A DNA stretch of 62,808 bases, counting the filler, from Sluysia triapertura (taxonomy: Eukaryota), in the NCBI GenBank assembly GCA_046118255.1. It is 5 parts of 5 records of this genome, joined end to end, with 100 filler letters (N's around TTAATTAATTAA, not from the genome) between each part and the next. Parts side by side here need not be neighbours in the genome. Positions count along the whole stretch, not along the records: positions 12,520 to 26,530 come from JBJNIA010009987.1; positions 26,631 to 39,238 come from JBJNIA010094670.1; 3 more parts are not named here. One strand, 5' to 3'. Under the pieces are notes generated by a model. The model saw only the letters and a program-made list of their open reading frames with translations, was not told where the DNA came from and did no database searches. Made by a program: the position numbers and the translations under genes. Positions 14,420 to 27,324 of this stretch are shown here, in pieces. Every line of letters starts with the position of its first letter. Positions within the stretch are counted from its first letter, which is position 1.

Positions 14420-14980
14420 GTTGTGGTGGACACAAGAAGGTTTTAAACATATTCTCGTGGATCACGCTGATAATTTTTATATCTTTAATAACGTTAGTTT
14501 ATTTTAACTAAGGTGCGATACTATTATAGTATCGGTGTAAAATCTACTTAAATTTATTTATAATTAATTGGATCTTTTCACAGATACGAAGTAAAATATT
14601 TTTCATAAAATACTAATAAATTCGGGAATTCATAAATTAATTCCCTTTTAAAATAATGTTTATTATTTTATATCTTACATAATTGTAATTTCGTTTCGTA
14701 CCTTTACAAAATTTTATATTGTATAATAAATCTTCACTATATTTTGATTTTCTTACTTAGTTTAAAATTAATAAGAAATTGTTGAAGATCATTTTAATAG
14801 GATCCGTGTAAAATACTTCAAATAAACCTCCAGAATTTTCTTTTAAAAATCTTGACAGTTTAGAACATTTTTGGTAATCGTTAGGAAAGGAAAACTTAAC
14901 CAAAGTTATACTCTAGGTAATTCTTTACAAAATCCAACGGCTGGCCTAACTGGTAAGCCTAGTACGTTGGTGGACTCACA
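14420..14980 (+). repeat. dispersed repeat with three hairpin+GTAAAAT units and a GC-rich terminal stem-loop, copy 1
   Basis: Homologous to ~36880-37426; both end AAATCCAACGGCTGGCC...CTGGTAAG...CGTTGGTG(G/A)ACTCACA. Left boundary uncertain. Confidence 0.7.
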
Positions 14981-15082
14981 TTCTTTGATTTTTGTTTATT
15001 CTATATTAATTCTCACATAATCATCGATATCATACCTTTTAACTAAAAAATCAAAGTATTTATAATTATCTTTATCATATCT

Positions 15083-15520
15083 TTAAACTAAATAGTTCTG
15101 AATGAAATTGTTCCTCACTTCGCGATAACTTGCGCAATTATTATCATTTTTGAAATGGTCGAAAGAATAGCCATCATTTTTATCTTCATGATTTTTATTG
15201 ACTATATAACTGGTAACAGTCTCGTCATTACTTGCTTGATGTTTGAAATGGTTGTTATTAATTATATATTTAACGTACTTGAAATAGTTGTGATCGTCCT
15301 TAGAACTAAAAGAAAACTTATAATTGTTAAAAAATTTAAACTTGTCATAGTGACATATAACGTAGAGGTTAGCATCTTCAATTTCATAATAATAAACATT
15401 GTAAGTGATGACTTTACAAATATAATCTTTACGATCGTTGTTGTTTTTATAATAGTGTTTAACGTAAACTTCATTCTCATAAACATAGTTACCACAGTAC
15501 AGAGCCTTCTGATATAGCAT
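15083..15520 (-). CDS. Tyr/Asn/Lys-rich hypothetical protein
   Basis: 145-aa open frame, no recognisable motif. Confidence 0.3.
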   Translation of the reverse strand: MLYQKALYCGNYVYENEVYVKHYYKNNNDRKDYICKVITYNVYYYEIEDANLYVICHYDKFKFFNNYKFSFSSKDDHNYFKYVKYIINNNHFKHQASNDETVTSYIVNKNHEDKNDGYSFDHFKNDNNCASYREVRNNFIQNYLV

Positions 15521-15587
15521 TTTAAGAATAGCAATAATTAAATGTACTAAAATATCGTTACCATTAAATTTTTATTAAGTTTTTATC

Positions 15588-15848
15588 ACTAATTGTGAAA
15601 AAGTTTTATAAAAATTTTGTATCACAATTAGTTGTCAAATGATTCGTGTCACGATTGGCTGTCCAACAAAAAATGATTTTAAGATTTTCCATACTACTAC
15701 TGATTTGTTTGGACAACCAATAATCGGTAAGTTTAATTTTTAGTGATTTGAAGTTACTTCAAACTGTGATGACTACCATCATCAACAGTGACGTAGAATT
15801 GTTAATGTAAAGCAAAATGTCACTGCTGATGACGGCAGTAACACAGTT
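15588..15848 (-). ncRNA. cluster of three hairpins (pre-miRNA-like candidate)
   Basis: Inverted repeats 15588-15632, 15654-15721, 15762-15848; most substitution mismatches in the second and third become G:U pairs on the minus strand. Confidence 0.4.
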
Positions 15849-15895
15849 GATTATAAGCTGCATTGATTTATATTAAAATTAAATAAATTATGTTT

Positions 15896-15940
<45 letters not shown>

Positions 15941-17049
15941 CATTAATCGAAAAAATACAGGAATTTCTTTTTCTTTAGAATTCTAAACATGATCTGCATT
16001 TTATTTTTCACCTTCTGAACATATTAGGCTTAAAAAAGGAAATGTAGTTTACTAAATAGTGAATTTGTAGTGTTACGGCTTAATGTCAAATGTATTGGTT
16101 AAGACTTCGAGGTGTGATAGTGGCGCTGATGCTGTGGAATAATGTTTAAGACTTTTTAGCTTTACTTTTTAATGCTATTTGTTTACGTCAATTGAAAATT
16201 CATTTAAGTGTTAAATATTTTGAAACTCAATGGGTGTTTGTGTGGAAGTTAGAATACTCTTTAAGGTTCTGCATGGGGTAAAATTTCTGGTTAAATATAT
16301 TATTAAATTATGAATTGTTAATATGTTATAAAGGTGTCGTTGACGTATAAAAGTAGGTAAGTTCTTGTCTAACTTTTATATCTTCAGAAGGTGATTATAG
16401 ACTGTTGAGAATATAGTTTAATCGAATTGTTTAAGATGAAAAAATGCAAAATAAAATATTTTGGATTAGTTTTTAATATACATTGATGATTTAAGATGTT
16501 ATTGTAATTTGGATGTTGTGAGGTGTAGAATAATATTTATGACAAATTTCCTAATGTGAAATGATGATATTCTTTATTATGAGATGTTAGTATATTAGAA
16601 TTTTTGTGAAAAATATTTTTAAGATTAGTGAATTGGCCACCACACTTAAATTGAATAAAAATTTAATCAATTATAAAACTAATTTTCAATAATAACTTAT
16701 GATATAATACGAAACACGTTAACGATACGATTCACGACAATATGAATAACACATTTCGAATGATCTCTTAATGAGCATTAATTTGATATATACTTTTATT
16801 ATCTACGCTTATTATAATACGTAGAAATTACTTTATAATAAAGAAAATTAATTAAAAATAATGATTTTACGCTATCCACGTTGACGTGTTTCATACAATC
16901 TTGGTGCTCATAATATCATAAGAAAAGTTATTGATTAAAAATGATTTTCAAACAATTCTAATTAAGTTAATTAATATACTTATAAATTTTTTTGGAAAAT
17001 TTTTTATAAAATATTGATATCTTTACCTTGAAGCTCCAATATTCTTTCA

Positions 17050-17460
17050 GTCATTTTATTTTTCGACAACTCCAATACTGTTAATCCGAACGGCATTTTT
17101 TCGCATTCATATAATTCATCTCCACATGAGAAAGCTGTTTTACGTTTATCTTTTTCTGTAATTTCTATTTGCCAATAACCACTTTGAAGATCTAAGGTAA
17201 TAAAATATTTAGCGTTTCCTAATTTATCTAACATTTCATCGATTCTTATTTAAATCTCTGAAATCTATACAAAACTTCATAGTTCCGCCTTTCTTCTGAA
17301 CTAGTAGTATGGTGATGAAAATGGAGAAAAGCTTTTTTCATTGTATCTGTCTGATCTTTCACTTCCTGTTGATATGGTTTCTATATGGTTTCTTTTTAAA
17401 TACTTTATCTTCTATTAGTGGAATTTCATGTTTTTTATGACAGAATCTCCAATATCGCAT
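17050..17460 (-). pseudogene. pol: Gypsy reverse transcriptase N-terminal fragment, copy A
   Basis: MLDKLGNAKYFITLDLQSGYWQIEITEKDKRKTAFSCGDELYECEKMPFGLT; truncated before YxDD. Confidence 0.92.
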
Positions 17461-17974
17461 TTATTCCTCGCAGTTGCCCAAGGACTTTATATAATGTTTC
17501 TTTTTGCTGTTCAGTTAAATTTTTATTCTTTATTTGTATTTCTTCATAATCTTCTTCATCTTCTATATTTCTTTGTAATTTAATATTTTTATTTTTTGGT
17601 CTGTCATCTGACACCATGTTTATTTGTGTTTGTAATTTATAATTAACTATTTCGCCTAGTTTTGTACCTGTATATGACCATTTGTTTTCATCAGTATAAT
17701 TTGTTATTCTTATAGGTATGTTTCCATCACAAATTCTACAAATTGAGTCTGCCATCCCTATATTAAATTGTTCTTGATTATTTTTTAAAGCAATAAACAT
17801 TATTTGACCATTTCTTAGACTATTTGTTTTTCCTGGTATTATACATTCTGTTCTTCTAAGTAACCAATTAGGTTCTTCTAATATAACATCATCATTATCA
17901 TCATCATCTATTAATCTATGAGTATAAATTATTTTCTCATTATTTTTAATTTTTAATTTGTCTCCTTTATTTAT

Positions 17975-18285
17975 CCATTTTCGAAAGCATCTTGACAATT
18001 GTTCGGTTTTAATACATTTGATATATCTACTATTGAGGAGTAATTGTGATGACCGCAATACCAGATAAATACAGGTCTTTACACTAGACATTCTCTAACC
18101 AATATTGTAATTAAATTTCCTTCTTGATGAACATTTAGCACTTTTATATCTTTTATTTTGACTCTATCTTCAGTGTCAAATAAAGAAAACTTTCTTCCAA
18201 TTTGGGGTTGGCTACAGTCAAAAGCCTTTATAGAATTGGTTTTATGAATTCCAAATAACGCCAATAAAACTATTATAAATAACAT
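17975..18285 (-). pseudogene. chuvirus-type (class III-like) viral glycoprotein N-terminal fragment, copy A
   Basis: Signal peptide MLFIIVLLALFGIHKTNS then AFDCSQPQ...FSLFDTED...VRECLV*RPVFIWYCGHHNYSSIVD. Confidence 0.65.
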
Positions 18286-19534
18286 ATTATTTATTGAAGT
18301 TCCAAAATGTGGAAATGATTCGCTTGAATTTCCCTTATTTGAAATATTCTTTTCTTCTTTTTTTCTTTAATAATGTTTTTCTATCCACATTGTTTTTCAA
18401 TCAAGGTACTTAATTTCTTATCAACAAAGTTTATGACTTTATCTATCTTTTCTTTGGTTAATAGTGCAGCTTTATTACACTGAAATATTATATAAGCCAT
18501 TATTATTTTAAGTCTTTCCTTGTTGATTCCTGCGTTAATTTGTTTGTTAATGATATTTTTATATTGACCATTATCTATGAAATCGCTTATATCTGTATTT
18601 TTAAACTTTTCTTCCATCATTTTAATTACTTTAGATATTGCATTTCTATATTCCTTTAATTCAGGTAATAATATCTTATATTCATCAAAGTTAGAAAATT
18701 TATTAGATAGTAGCGCGTAAATTATACTTTTAGTATTTAATGTTTCTTCTAAATTTTTATATGTAATTTTCGTTAAATAAAAGGGTTTTCTATGTATTGG
18801 GGTTGGGATTATTGTTTCATCATTTTCTTTGTTTTTTCTAGGTCTACCTGGTTTTCTTTTAAAAGTATATGTTTCTTTGTCTTTAGTTTCTATATGTGGG
18901 TTTTTGTTTAAGTCTACTATATAATCAGGTTTATCTTCAGTGTAATCATCATTATCATTACTAATGTCTATAACTTTATTATTATTATTATTTTAATTAT
19001 AATTATCTTCCATTAATTGTCTTAATAATGAATGTGGGGTTCTATCTAAATCAACATCGTTGTCATCATTTATTAATTCATCTAATTTTCGTAAATTATC
19101 TGAAGGCTTAGTATAGGGAAATCTCATAAAATTCATCGAACTTCATCAATTACTTACACAGATCATTAAAAAAACTACTAAACTCATTCAAAAAACAAAC
19201 ATAATCATTGCACATAATTATCATGAATTACAGCTATTATTATGATTATCAAATAATAACTTTTATAATAAATTTCATATTAACATCAACAATACCATTA
19301 TTTTAAAACATATAATAATTATGTTATTGTTATCATTATTATTTCTTTATCCTTATTATAAATCTTTCTTTCTATTCTTTTGTTTTCCCCAATATTTTTT
19401 TCCAATACTACACACAGTATATTTGATCTCGATTCATACTATTCATCCCAAAAGAAATTTCAGTAACTTCCAAATATAATTGAAATACTCAATCGGAATA
19501 TAATCGTAATTTAGCAAACAGAAATTATACAAAT

Positions 19535-20271
19535 ATGCTCAATTTCTTAAATCACATTTCATATGATCAATGTTGTCCAGAATTCTCTTTTATCTACAAT
19601 CATAATGAAATGGAAAATGACAATAATTATTATAGTGTTAATATCACTATTTATACTAGTGACTTCGCTGAAACTGACGCTACAATTCCTGAGCGTGCCA
19701 ATAAAGCATTATCATTCATAACGTATAAAAGTCAAAACATTGGATTACAACTATCAAATACCAACTCAATTAAATGAATAAGAATGTCTCAATATGAACG
19801 AGTTATCAGTTTACGACGCTCACTTGATAATCAACAATTATCAACTGATCTACAATATTCAGGCAGCAGAAATGAAAAAGAAATATCAGCAAACATTCTA
19901 TGTAAACAATGTGCAAGTGTAGCTTGTCATTCAAGTGATTTAAAACTTGTTGAAAATAGTACTATGTACTTTGTAACGCGATTATGAATTCTTATTTAGT
20001 TACTGATTATACGCTTCCTTTATATTATATTTTTGCATCTACTGAAATACCACAAAAGAAAAAGTCATTTATTAGTAGACCTAAGTACTACAAAGTATCC
20101 AGAATCGTATGTTTTACGTTGAGTGGATTAATTATTTCATTTTGTATACTGTTTATATTTTTAGGAAATGACTGGTATTTTGATGCCTCGAAATATTTCC
20201 AAATATGCCGACCCAGCTTCTCTAAAACAGTTTGGTACTTATCACATTTTATTCCGTGGAACTCAAGCTGA
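19535..20271 (+). pseudogene. RIG-I-like receptor fragment (helicase C-terminus, pincer, C-terminal regulatory domain)
   Basis: ILCKQCASVACHSSDLKLVENSTMYFV resembles RIG-I [20 protein letters not shown] and MDA5 [20 protein letters not shown]; downstream SRIVC...GNDW resembles KIFC...SHDWG; stops and a probable short intron. Confidence 0.65.
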
Positions 20272-20804
20272 ATCATTGCGTCATGAACAGCAAATTTAGC
20301 TGTTGAAATATTCTAAAGTGTTGTCAAATATTACTTGTAACATTCGCCTAGTAGCTAGATCTAATGCAAAGAAAATAGATAAGTTGAACAAGATGATACT
20401 AGAAAATTGTCAAATCCTTGAAAATAAAGATTTTTTATATCAATCCGAAGCAAACGACATAGTTCTAAATTTAAAAGATGTATCTCATATACCAAATATA
20501 TCACACAGTTCAAGAACTAAAATAAATAATGTAATTAAAAATTCGTCCCTGAAGCATGTAAATTTCACAAAAATTGATTGAAACATGTGTTTAGAACCAA
20601 TCTGTGGAAAATAATTTTGTATTACAGGTTGATATTTCAAAAGTTAATATCTTATTGGAAAAACTCACAAGTCACGATCAAGATGATATTTGAATTTTAC
20701 ATGATGGATGCTCTAAAATCGTTTTAATGTTACTTAAAACGACATCATTAGAAAAATATATTATAATTAAAAAATTAAAAATAATGAATTTTTTATTTTG
20801 TCAA

Positions 20805-21080
20805 ATGGTAAAAACAGCAAACGCTGTTTATCTAATATTTATTGTTATTTGTCTTGGATTCGTCATATTTCAAAATTTTTATTACTCATTATATGGTAAA
20901 AATTTCATCAAGTTTAGTAAGTTAAAATTTATTCACTTGAGTATTTTATGCCTAATATTTTTTGGTATTTATGCATCAGCAGTTTATATAATAAAATTTG
21001 GACATTTAATACCACTATATTCTTGTGATGTAAGTGCATTTTTACGTTTTTCTTCAATGTTTTATTGCTTTGTAAATAAA
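20805..21080 (+). pseudogene. 7TM/GPCR-like fragment (TM1-TM3)
   Basis: Three hydrophobic helices, the third starting with Cys (SCDVSAFLRFSSMFY), as in GPCR TM3. Confidence 0.4.
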
Positions 21081-22639
21081 GTTTCAAATTTCATCGTTTT
21101 TGTTAAATCGTTATTCTTTAAAGGCTTTAAGCCCAGTTTATTAATTCGTAAATTTAATAGTTATAAAATTAAAATTTGATGATTTTTTCTTAACTAAATT
21201 CTTAAATCTTTTTAATATAAATTTTAAAACAAATAGAAACTATAAAAACTCAAAAGTGCCCCACACTTAGTATATGCCATTATAACAGCGGAAGTCATTG
21301 ATGCTTCCTCATGGTTTCCATTCATCGATGGATAACTGTATTCATTTATATAATCATTAGGTACTAATTTTCTATCATAAAAATATAAATCGACATCAGT
21401 TATAGTAGGGTCATTTGACTTAAGTAATATTCAGGGCATTATTAATAATTATATTTATTTTCATTAATTCTTTCGGATTATTTGTTCTTTCTTTTTGACC
21501 TATTTTTCTTAGTAATTTTCTTGCTTTAGTCTTATATAAACTATCTTCCTTACTTAGAATAGCTAATATTAATTTAATATCATATCCATTTTATATACTT
21601 AATTCTAAATTTAATAAGTCATTTAAATTTTCGTTTAAGTCCTTGCCATTTGTCATATTTGATAAAAATTCCTCAACTTTTTGATCTGTTTCTTTGATTT
21701 TAGTTTCTGGGGTATCTATCTTTTCATTAGCTTATATTATTATTACAGATTCCATTTCTTCTATTTTCATTTCTTCTATTTCCATTTCTTCTGCTTGTAA
21801 TTCTTCATCATCAGTTTCTTTATTATTAATAATATTTTCTATATCTGTTTCTACTTCTTGTCATCACTTAATTCTAAGTTATTTGATTGATTTTCTTCTT
21901 GATTTGATTCTTATTCTGTTGAACTTGATTCTGTTTTCGATTCTTCTTCTATTTCATCATTACTTTCTTTTGATTCATAATCTATTTCTTTGTCAATTAT
22001 CTTATTTGATTCAGATTTCTTTGTCTTTCCTTCCCATTTATCAATTATTTCTTGAATTCTTTTTCTTATATCTTCATTTAAAATCACATCTTATATCTCT
22101 TTTATTTGTTCAATACTTTTTTTCCAAAGGTTGGTTTAATATTTCTCGAATTCTAACTTGAATTTGTTGAATTGTTAATCTACTTTCTTCTTTTCTAGTT
22201 GTTCCTTTCTCTGTTTATCCTCTTGAAATTCCAAATATCTATCGTGCATATAGCTCATAAAGATTTCTTCTTGCTTATTTTTAAATGTATTTTTATCACA
22301 GTCTAATCCAGTGATATAGAATTCTCGTAGAATTGCATTCTTTTCCTCATTGGTAATTAATTTAAGATATTTGTCACATTCTTCATATTTATCATATTTA
22401 TCATATTCTCCTCTTCTTGGTTGTCTTCTACTTCTATTTCTTTCTTCTCGATACTGATATTCGTCTTCATCATCGTATTCGTATCTGTTATTTCCATAAT
22501 CTTTTTCACTTCTATAGTTGCAATTTACTTATTCCTTATTACTCATTATTATCATCATTAAATATTACTTTCCTCTTAGGGCTTTGGTATCATTGTTGAT
22601 ATTGGCCCCTTACCTTAGTAAAATCTTGAGTAAATACAT

Positions 22640-23502
22640 CTTGTCTTAATTTCCTACAATCTCTTGAGTAATGTCCATTTTATTATACTTGTCACAGATT
22701 ATTTCTCCATCTATATTAGTTTGAGTCTTATTATTACTAGGTGGCCATCTTGGTGCTGGTCTTTGTTCATAGTTAGAAGAACCATAATTACTTACTTGGA
22801 ATCCACTATCTCTATTCGTATCACCCCTATAATTGCTTGAATTACATCTGTAATTGTTTGAATTCGAATTACCATTTCCTCTACGTGGGATATTGTACTT
22901 ACTGTCATTATATCTTTCATAATTCGGAGAATTAAATTTATTATCATCATAATTATGTATATTTCTTCTTAATTTCGGACTTTTGTCTCCTTTGTCTTCA
23001 TTATCACTTATATAATCAATATTATTCTTATTCTTTTTATACTTATAGGAACGTTCTATACTTTTTAATTTCTTAATTACTTCCTTAAAAGGTTTTCCTT
23101 CTATTAAGGTGACATATGTTATTAATTCTGGCCGCAACTCAGTTTTTAATTTATCTATTAATGTTATTTCTTTTTATCTTCAGGAATTTTAGCTCTAGCG
23201 ACAAGGCATTTAAAAGCACAAGCGTATTCATAGACAGATTCATTTGGCTTTTGTATCCTAGAGTTTAACATTTTAGTATAATATTTTAATAAAATAATAT
23301 TTTAGTATAATATATAATGTCATCAAGTGCCATTTCTTCAGTAAATGCGTTAGCAAATTCATTCCAAGTCTGTTTATTATTATTACTTATTTCCTTATAA
23401 GTCTGGGTCGTCACTCCAGTTAAATAATTTTGGATTCGTTTTATTTTTCGGCTTCATTTCAACCGTTTACTTCAGCTATGCTTTCATATTCGAATAAGAA
23501 AT
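22640..23502 (-). pseudogene. gag: Gypsy gag with zinc knuckle
   Basis: Retrotransposon gag motifs and a degenerate CCHC knuckle across a frameshift. Confidence 0.8.
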
Positions 23503-25398
23503 TGCTGCAACTTTAAAATTACTAGCTATACGACTCAATAATAACTTGGTTAACTTAAATGATCCTTAATAATTTTAAATAGTCAGTATATTAAATATAT
23601 TTTTGCAGTAATTCTTTCTTATAATATTAATATTTTTATCCAAAATTCAAGTTCTTGACAATCAAAATCAAAATTAAGTCAATAATGTACTATTAAACAA
23701 AAATTCGTAATTTATTATCAATGAAAATCTTTAATAAAAGCTGAGAATCACTAAAATGACAAAAATAATTATAATGTTTATAATAAAATTAAAGACAATA
23801 CAATCTAAGTTGGTCAAAGCAACCAGAAGTGATGCAGCAAACACTAATAATATGTAAAAAAATTAATAATGTTATTTAAATATTTCTGGTTAGTATAACA
23901 CAGAACCAAATACGATTACGAGATTCTTTGATAATGATAATACCTTTCTAATAACAACAATATCTGGAGTTAAAACACTTAATATTTTGATAGATTAAAT
24001 AGTGTAATGTACTAATCGAATATAATATTTTAACAAAATTCTTCTTGAAGTATTCCTCTCAAAATTACCTTTAAAATATCTAAAAATCCAATGTTATCGT
24101 TAATAAGAATAGCGTAGAAAATTTCTTCTAAAATGTCTTTAAAATATGTAAAAATAAAATATTATTGTTACCAAAAAAATTGCGCAGGGATTTTCTATCA
24201 ACTTAACTTAAAAATTTACCAAATTTGACAATATTAAAATTATTCAAATTACAATAAAATCAATTATATCATTTTAGTGAAATAATAAATAAATAAACAA
24301 AACTTAAAAAATTTACCCTGTGCATGGATCTTCTATCATCATTTGTTGACATCGTTGCTGTGTTAATTTACTATTGTGACTGTGATGTAAAAATTTTAAA
24401 ATCTTTACTTTATACTCTCTTGGCATCCAATCAATTCACAATCTCACAACCAAACACTCTCCCACACAAATCATTCAAACCTCTTTGAGGATCAGACCGA
24501 AAATAACGAATATGACAACTAAATGGTACGGTCTGTCAAACTCTATTAGGTACAAAACATAAAAACTTATAGATTCACTTATAGATTCTTCTCTTTCATA
24601 ACAATCATCGCATATTCCATTTATCACATTTGTATCACTCTAAATATAAAAAAGTTAACATTTCATAATTAAAAATTAATATTAAGGCTTTCCTTGCATG
24701 AACTCGGTCAAACCAAACCTTCATCGAGAGGTCTTTTCAAAACAAATTCATACACAGTTTCAAACTTAACATAACATTCTGCGTTCAAAAATTATTCACA
24801 AAAACGTACTTTTTCTCAATTAAGTTAATTAAGATTTTTAATTAATTAATCTATTTTTAGACTTAATTTTATTCTATGTTTAAAGGTTTTATTGATGTTC
24901 TAAAGTTTTTTAGTAGTTTTTTAGGAGTTCTTTCAGATGTTTTCACCTTCACCTCTCTGATTCCTTTTTCTACTTCTTCATGTTAATTATTATTATAATG
25001 AACTTATTTTAATTCTTTTGAACAAAGATTTTATTTCTCAAACATTTTAAAGATTTTATACACTTTATAAGGTTACTTAAGGATCTCAAATGCTTATCGA
25101 TATTCCAAGAATACTTGAAGGTTGCTAGGGTCTTCAATGTTTCAAAAGTTCTACAGTTCAAAAGTACCTTAATACTTCCAAAATTTCTTCAAGTCCATCT
25201 CAAGCTTCCACAAGGTCTCAAACCCTTATATAGGTATTATTCAACTGTTAACATTATTATAGATGTTTTTACTTTCATGATTCTTATTCCAACAATGTTT
25301 ACCATGTTTAACCCATCACTTTGTATCAGTTCTCTCTTTATTTTATAACTCCATATGTTTCTCCCTCATTTCCTGACACATACTTGTAAATCCCTACA
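23503..25398 (+). mobile_element. ~1.9-kb solo-LTR-like element, copy 1
   Basis: TGCTGCAACTTTAAAATT...AATCCCTACA, collinear with 33894-35961 and 44085-46060; no clean TSD; abuts gag. Confidence 0.8.
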
Positions 25399-26530
25399 AT
25401 TTGACCTTTACTCCAACTACTAAAGACCTTGATTCCACCCACCAGTCAGATCGATGCATAATAACTCTGACTATAACCTTTCCAACGCCAATTCCAGAAA
25501 TTCCGTAAAATTGGAGGTCATTTTGTCGTCATTTTTCCCTACAATTAAGAAACCAGTGTTGTATATTCATGACTGATGCAGAAATAATATACCGCAACTT
25601 AATTTTTGTTTCCTGAAACATTCGACTTACCTGTCGTTGGTGTGGCTTCGAAAGAGAAACTGTTGTCCATGTATCATTCCGCATACCATCAATGGCCGTA
25701 CAGTAAGACATAATAAAAATGTTGAATGTTTACATAGTAAACTAAAATAAATGGGCTTCTCGGTCAACAACGACATCAAAATCCCTAGTTGGAGTATCTT
25801 CAAGCGCAAGGTACTAATTCTTCCCAACTCTTTTTCATAGACATCAAATCTCTTATTTATGAAAACTTTCTAGCGGCACGATCATTTAATATTACCAAGT
25901 ATTCTGATCTGAAGAAAAAACTCAAAGACCCAGAAAAAGTAGGTTCCGTAAAACTGATATTACTGGTTTGGCAAGCCACTGTATCAAACTATATCTAGAG
26001 GACCATTCCCTTTTGATTTTCTTTTTATGGTGAATAACATTATGCTTCTTTCTGTTCTTCCCTTTAATACATTAATAAAATCTTTTTAATTTTCCAATAC
26101 GACACTATAATTATTTTTTCCTTTTTTATGTATGTTTGTAAATCATCGAAGTTTTCTTTAATGTAATGAATTGTTAAATTATTCCAATATTTCTTTCCTT
26201 TTTTCTATGAATGCTTGTTTATCTTTTGTTAAATATAACTGTATACCTATAATAAAATGATACTTTGACGTTTTTTGCTCTGTGAATATATACCTATTTC
26301 TATGAATGTTTATATAACACATATATTTTTCATTTTCTGTATAATTTAAATATGTGTTGCGATTTTGTACTTAATAATAATAACAAATTAATATCGGTTA
26401 ATCTATTTAACAAAACTTCAATAATTAATCACTAAATTCAATGTAAAGCTAAATCCACTTCATATATACATATTCATCATTAACATTTATTCGTAATAAC
26501 ATTATAATATATTAAGATTTATTTTGTAAT

Positions 26531-26630
26531 NNNNNNNNNNNNNNNNNNNNNNNNNNNNNNNNNNNNNNNNNNNNTTAATTAATTAANNNNNNNNNNNNNN
26601 NNNNNNNNNNNNNNNNNNNNNNNNNNNNNN
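26531..26630. other. artificial contig linker
   Basis: N-TTAATTAATTAA-N, 100 bp. Confidence 0.97.
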
Positions 26631-26754
26631 AATTTATAAAATTTATTTTATGATTTTGTAATACTTTTCGTAATAAAATGCTTAGAAAATTATTTTTTTA
26701 ATTTTCACTTTTGTGTAGCATCCCTGGCACTTTTAGATAATTCTCTAAAAATCA

Positions 26755-26775
26755 TGTTGGCACTCAAAGGGTTAA
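26755..26775 (-). mobile_element. piggyBac-like terminal inverted repeat (single end)
   Basis: Minus strand TTAA|CCCTTTGAGTGCCAAC; partner end not found (may lie beyond the gap). Confidence 0.5.
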
Positions 26776-27324
26776 ATTAAAAATTAATTTTCAATATATA
26801 AAAAATACAATTTCAAGTAAATCTAAAAGTATCATAACAGCAAAAGCAAACGAAAATGAAAGTAAAGTATATTGGATATAGATTTGAACATGTCTTACTT
26901 AATTAGCAAGTCAAATAGAACACGAATCAGCATCAAAACGACAAAAAAAATTGACTTTATTAATAAAGTAAATAAATACCCACAAACTAACAAATAAAGT
27001 ACGTGATCTTTACGCACTATCTTAATTTATTACAATTGGTAAAGAAGCTCGTATCGTTTATTAAATGAGTTATATGTAATTAGACATTTTAAAAAACAAA
27101 TTCATCTAAAAATTTAGAATGATTAATGTTAACAAATGAATTAAGAAACTTTTTGCATATTGTAATCAATGATGAAAAGCGCCAGATAAAACTTATTTAA
27201 TAAGTAAACTTCCAAATGAATAAAGTAAGATATGAACATTTATGTAACAATAAACACGTTTATTTTGTTTAATGAAACTGAATTCAAAAAATGAATAACT
27301 AATCATTACTTCGCATTTAAGCTA

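Larger units (their letters stand above)
19112..21265 (+). mobile_element. gene-capturing (Pack-type) insertion in Gypsy copy A
   Basis: Flanked by duplicated CTTAG (5 bp; extendable to CTTAGTATA, 9 bp, if the element starts at 19116); ends GTGCCCCACA; the empty site is present in copy B (~61677); both terminal modules recur elsewhere. Confidence 0.8.
17050..23502 (-). mobile_element. degenerate retrovirus-like Ty3/Gypsy element, copy A (interrupted by insertion 19112-21265)
   Basis: gag (FLFEYESIAEVNG; SRIQKPNESVYEY; frameshifted knuckle CDK(Y)NK-GHYSRDC), acidic ORF, AT-hook KRKPGRPRK, glycoprotein N-terminus, RT N-terminus (LDLQSGYWQI...KTAF...MPFGL); collinear with copy B. Confidence 0.9.

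Noticed and set aside
16066-16644. TGTAGTG...CCACCACA solo LTR (related starts near 12343 and 49396)
   Set aside because: Plausible repeat, but no TSD and boundaries not confirmable by eye.
21694-22161. 155-aa hydrophobic ORF on the plus strand
   Set aside because: Antisense shadow of the Glu/Lys-rich retroelement ORF.
25400-26000. Harbinger-like transposase from AIDG motif
   Set aside because: No further DDE motifs follow; region looks coding-like but cannot be assigned.
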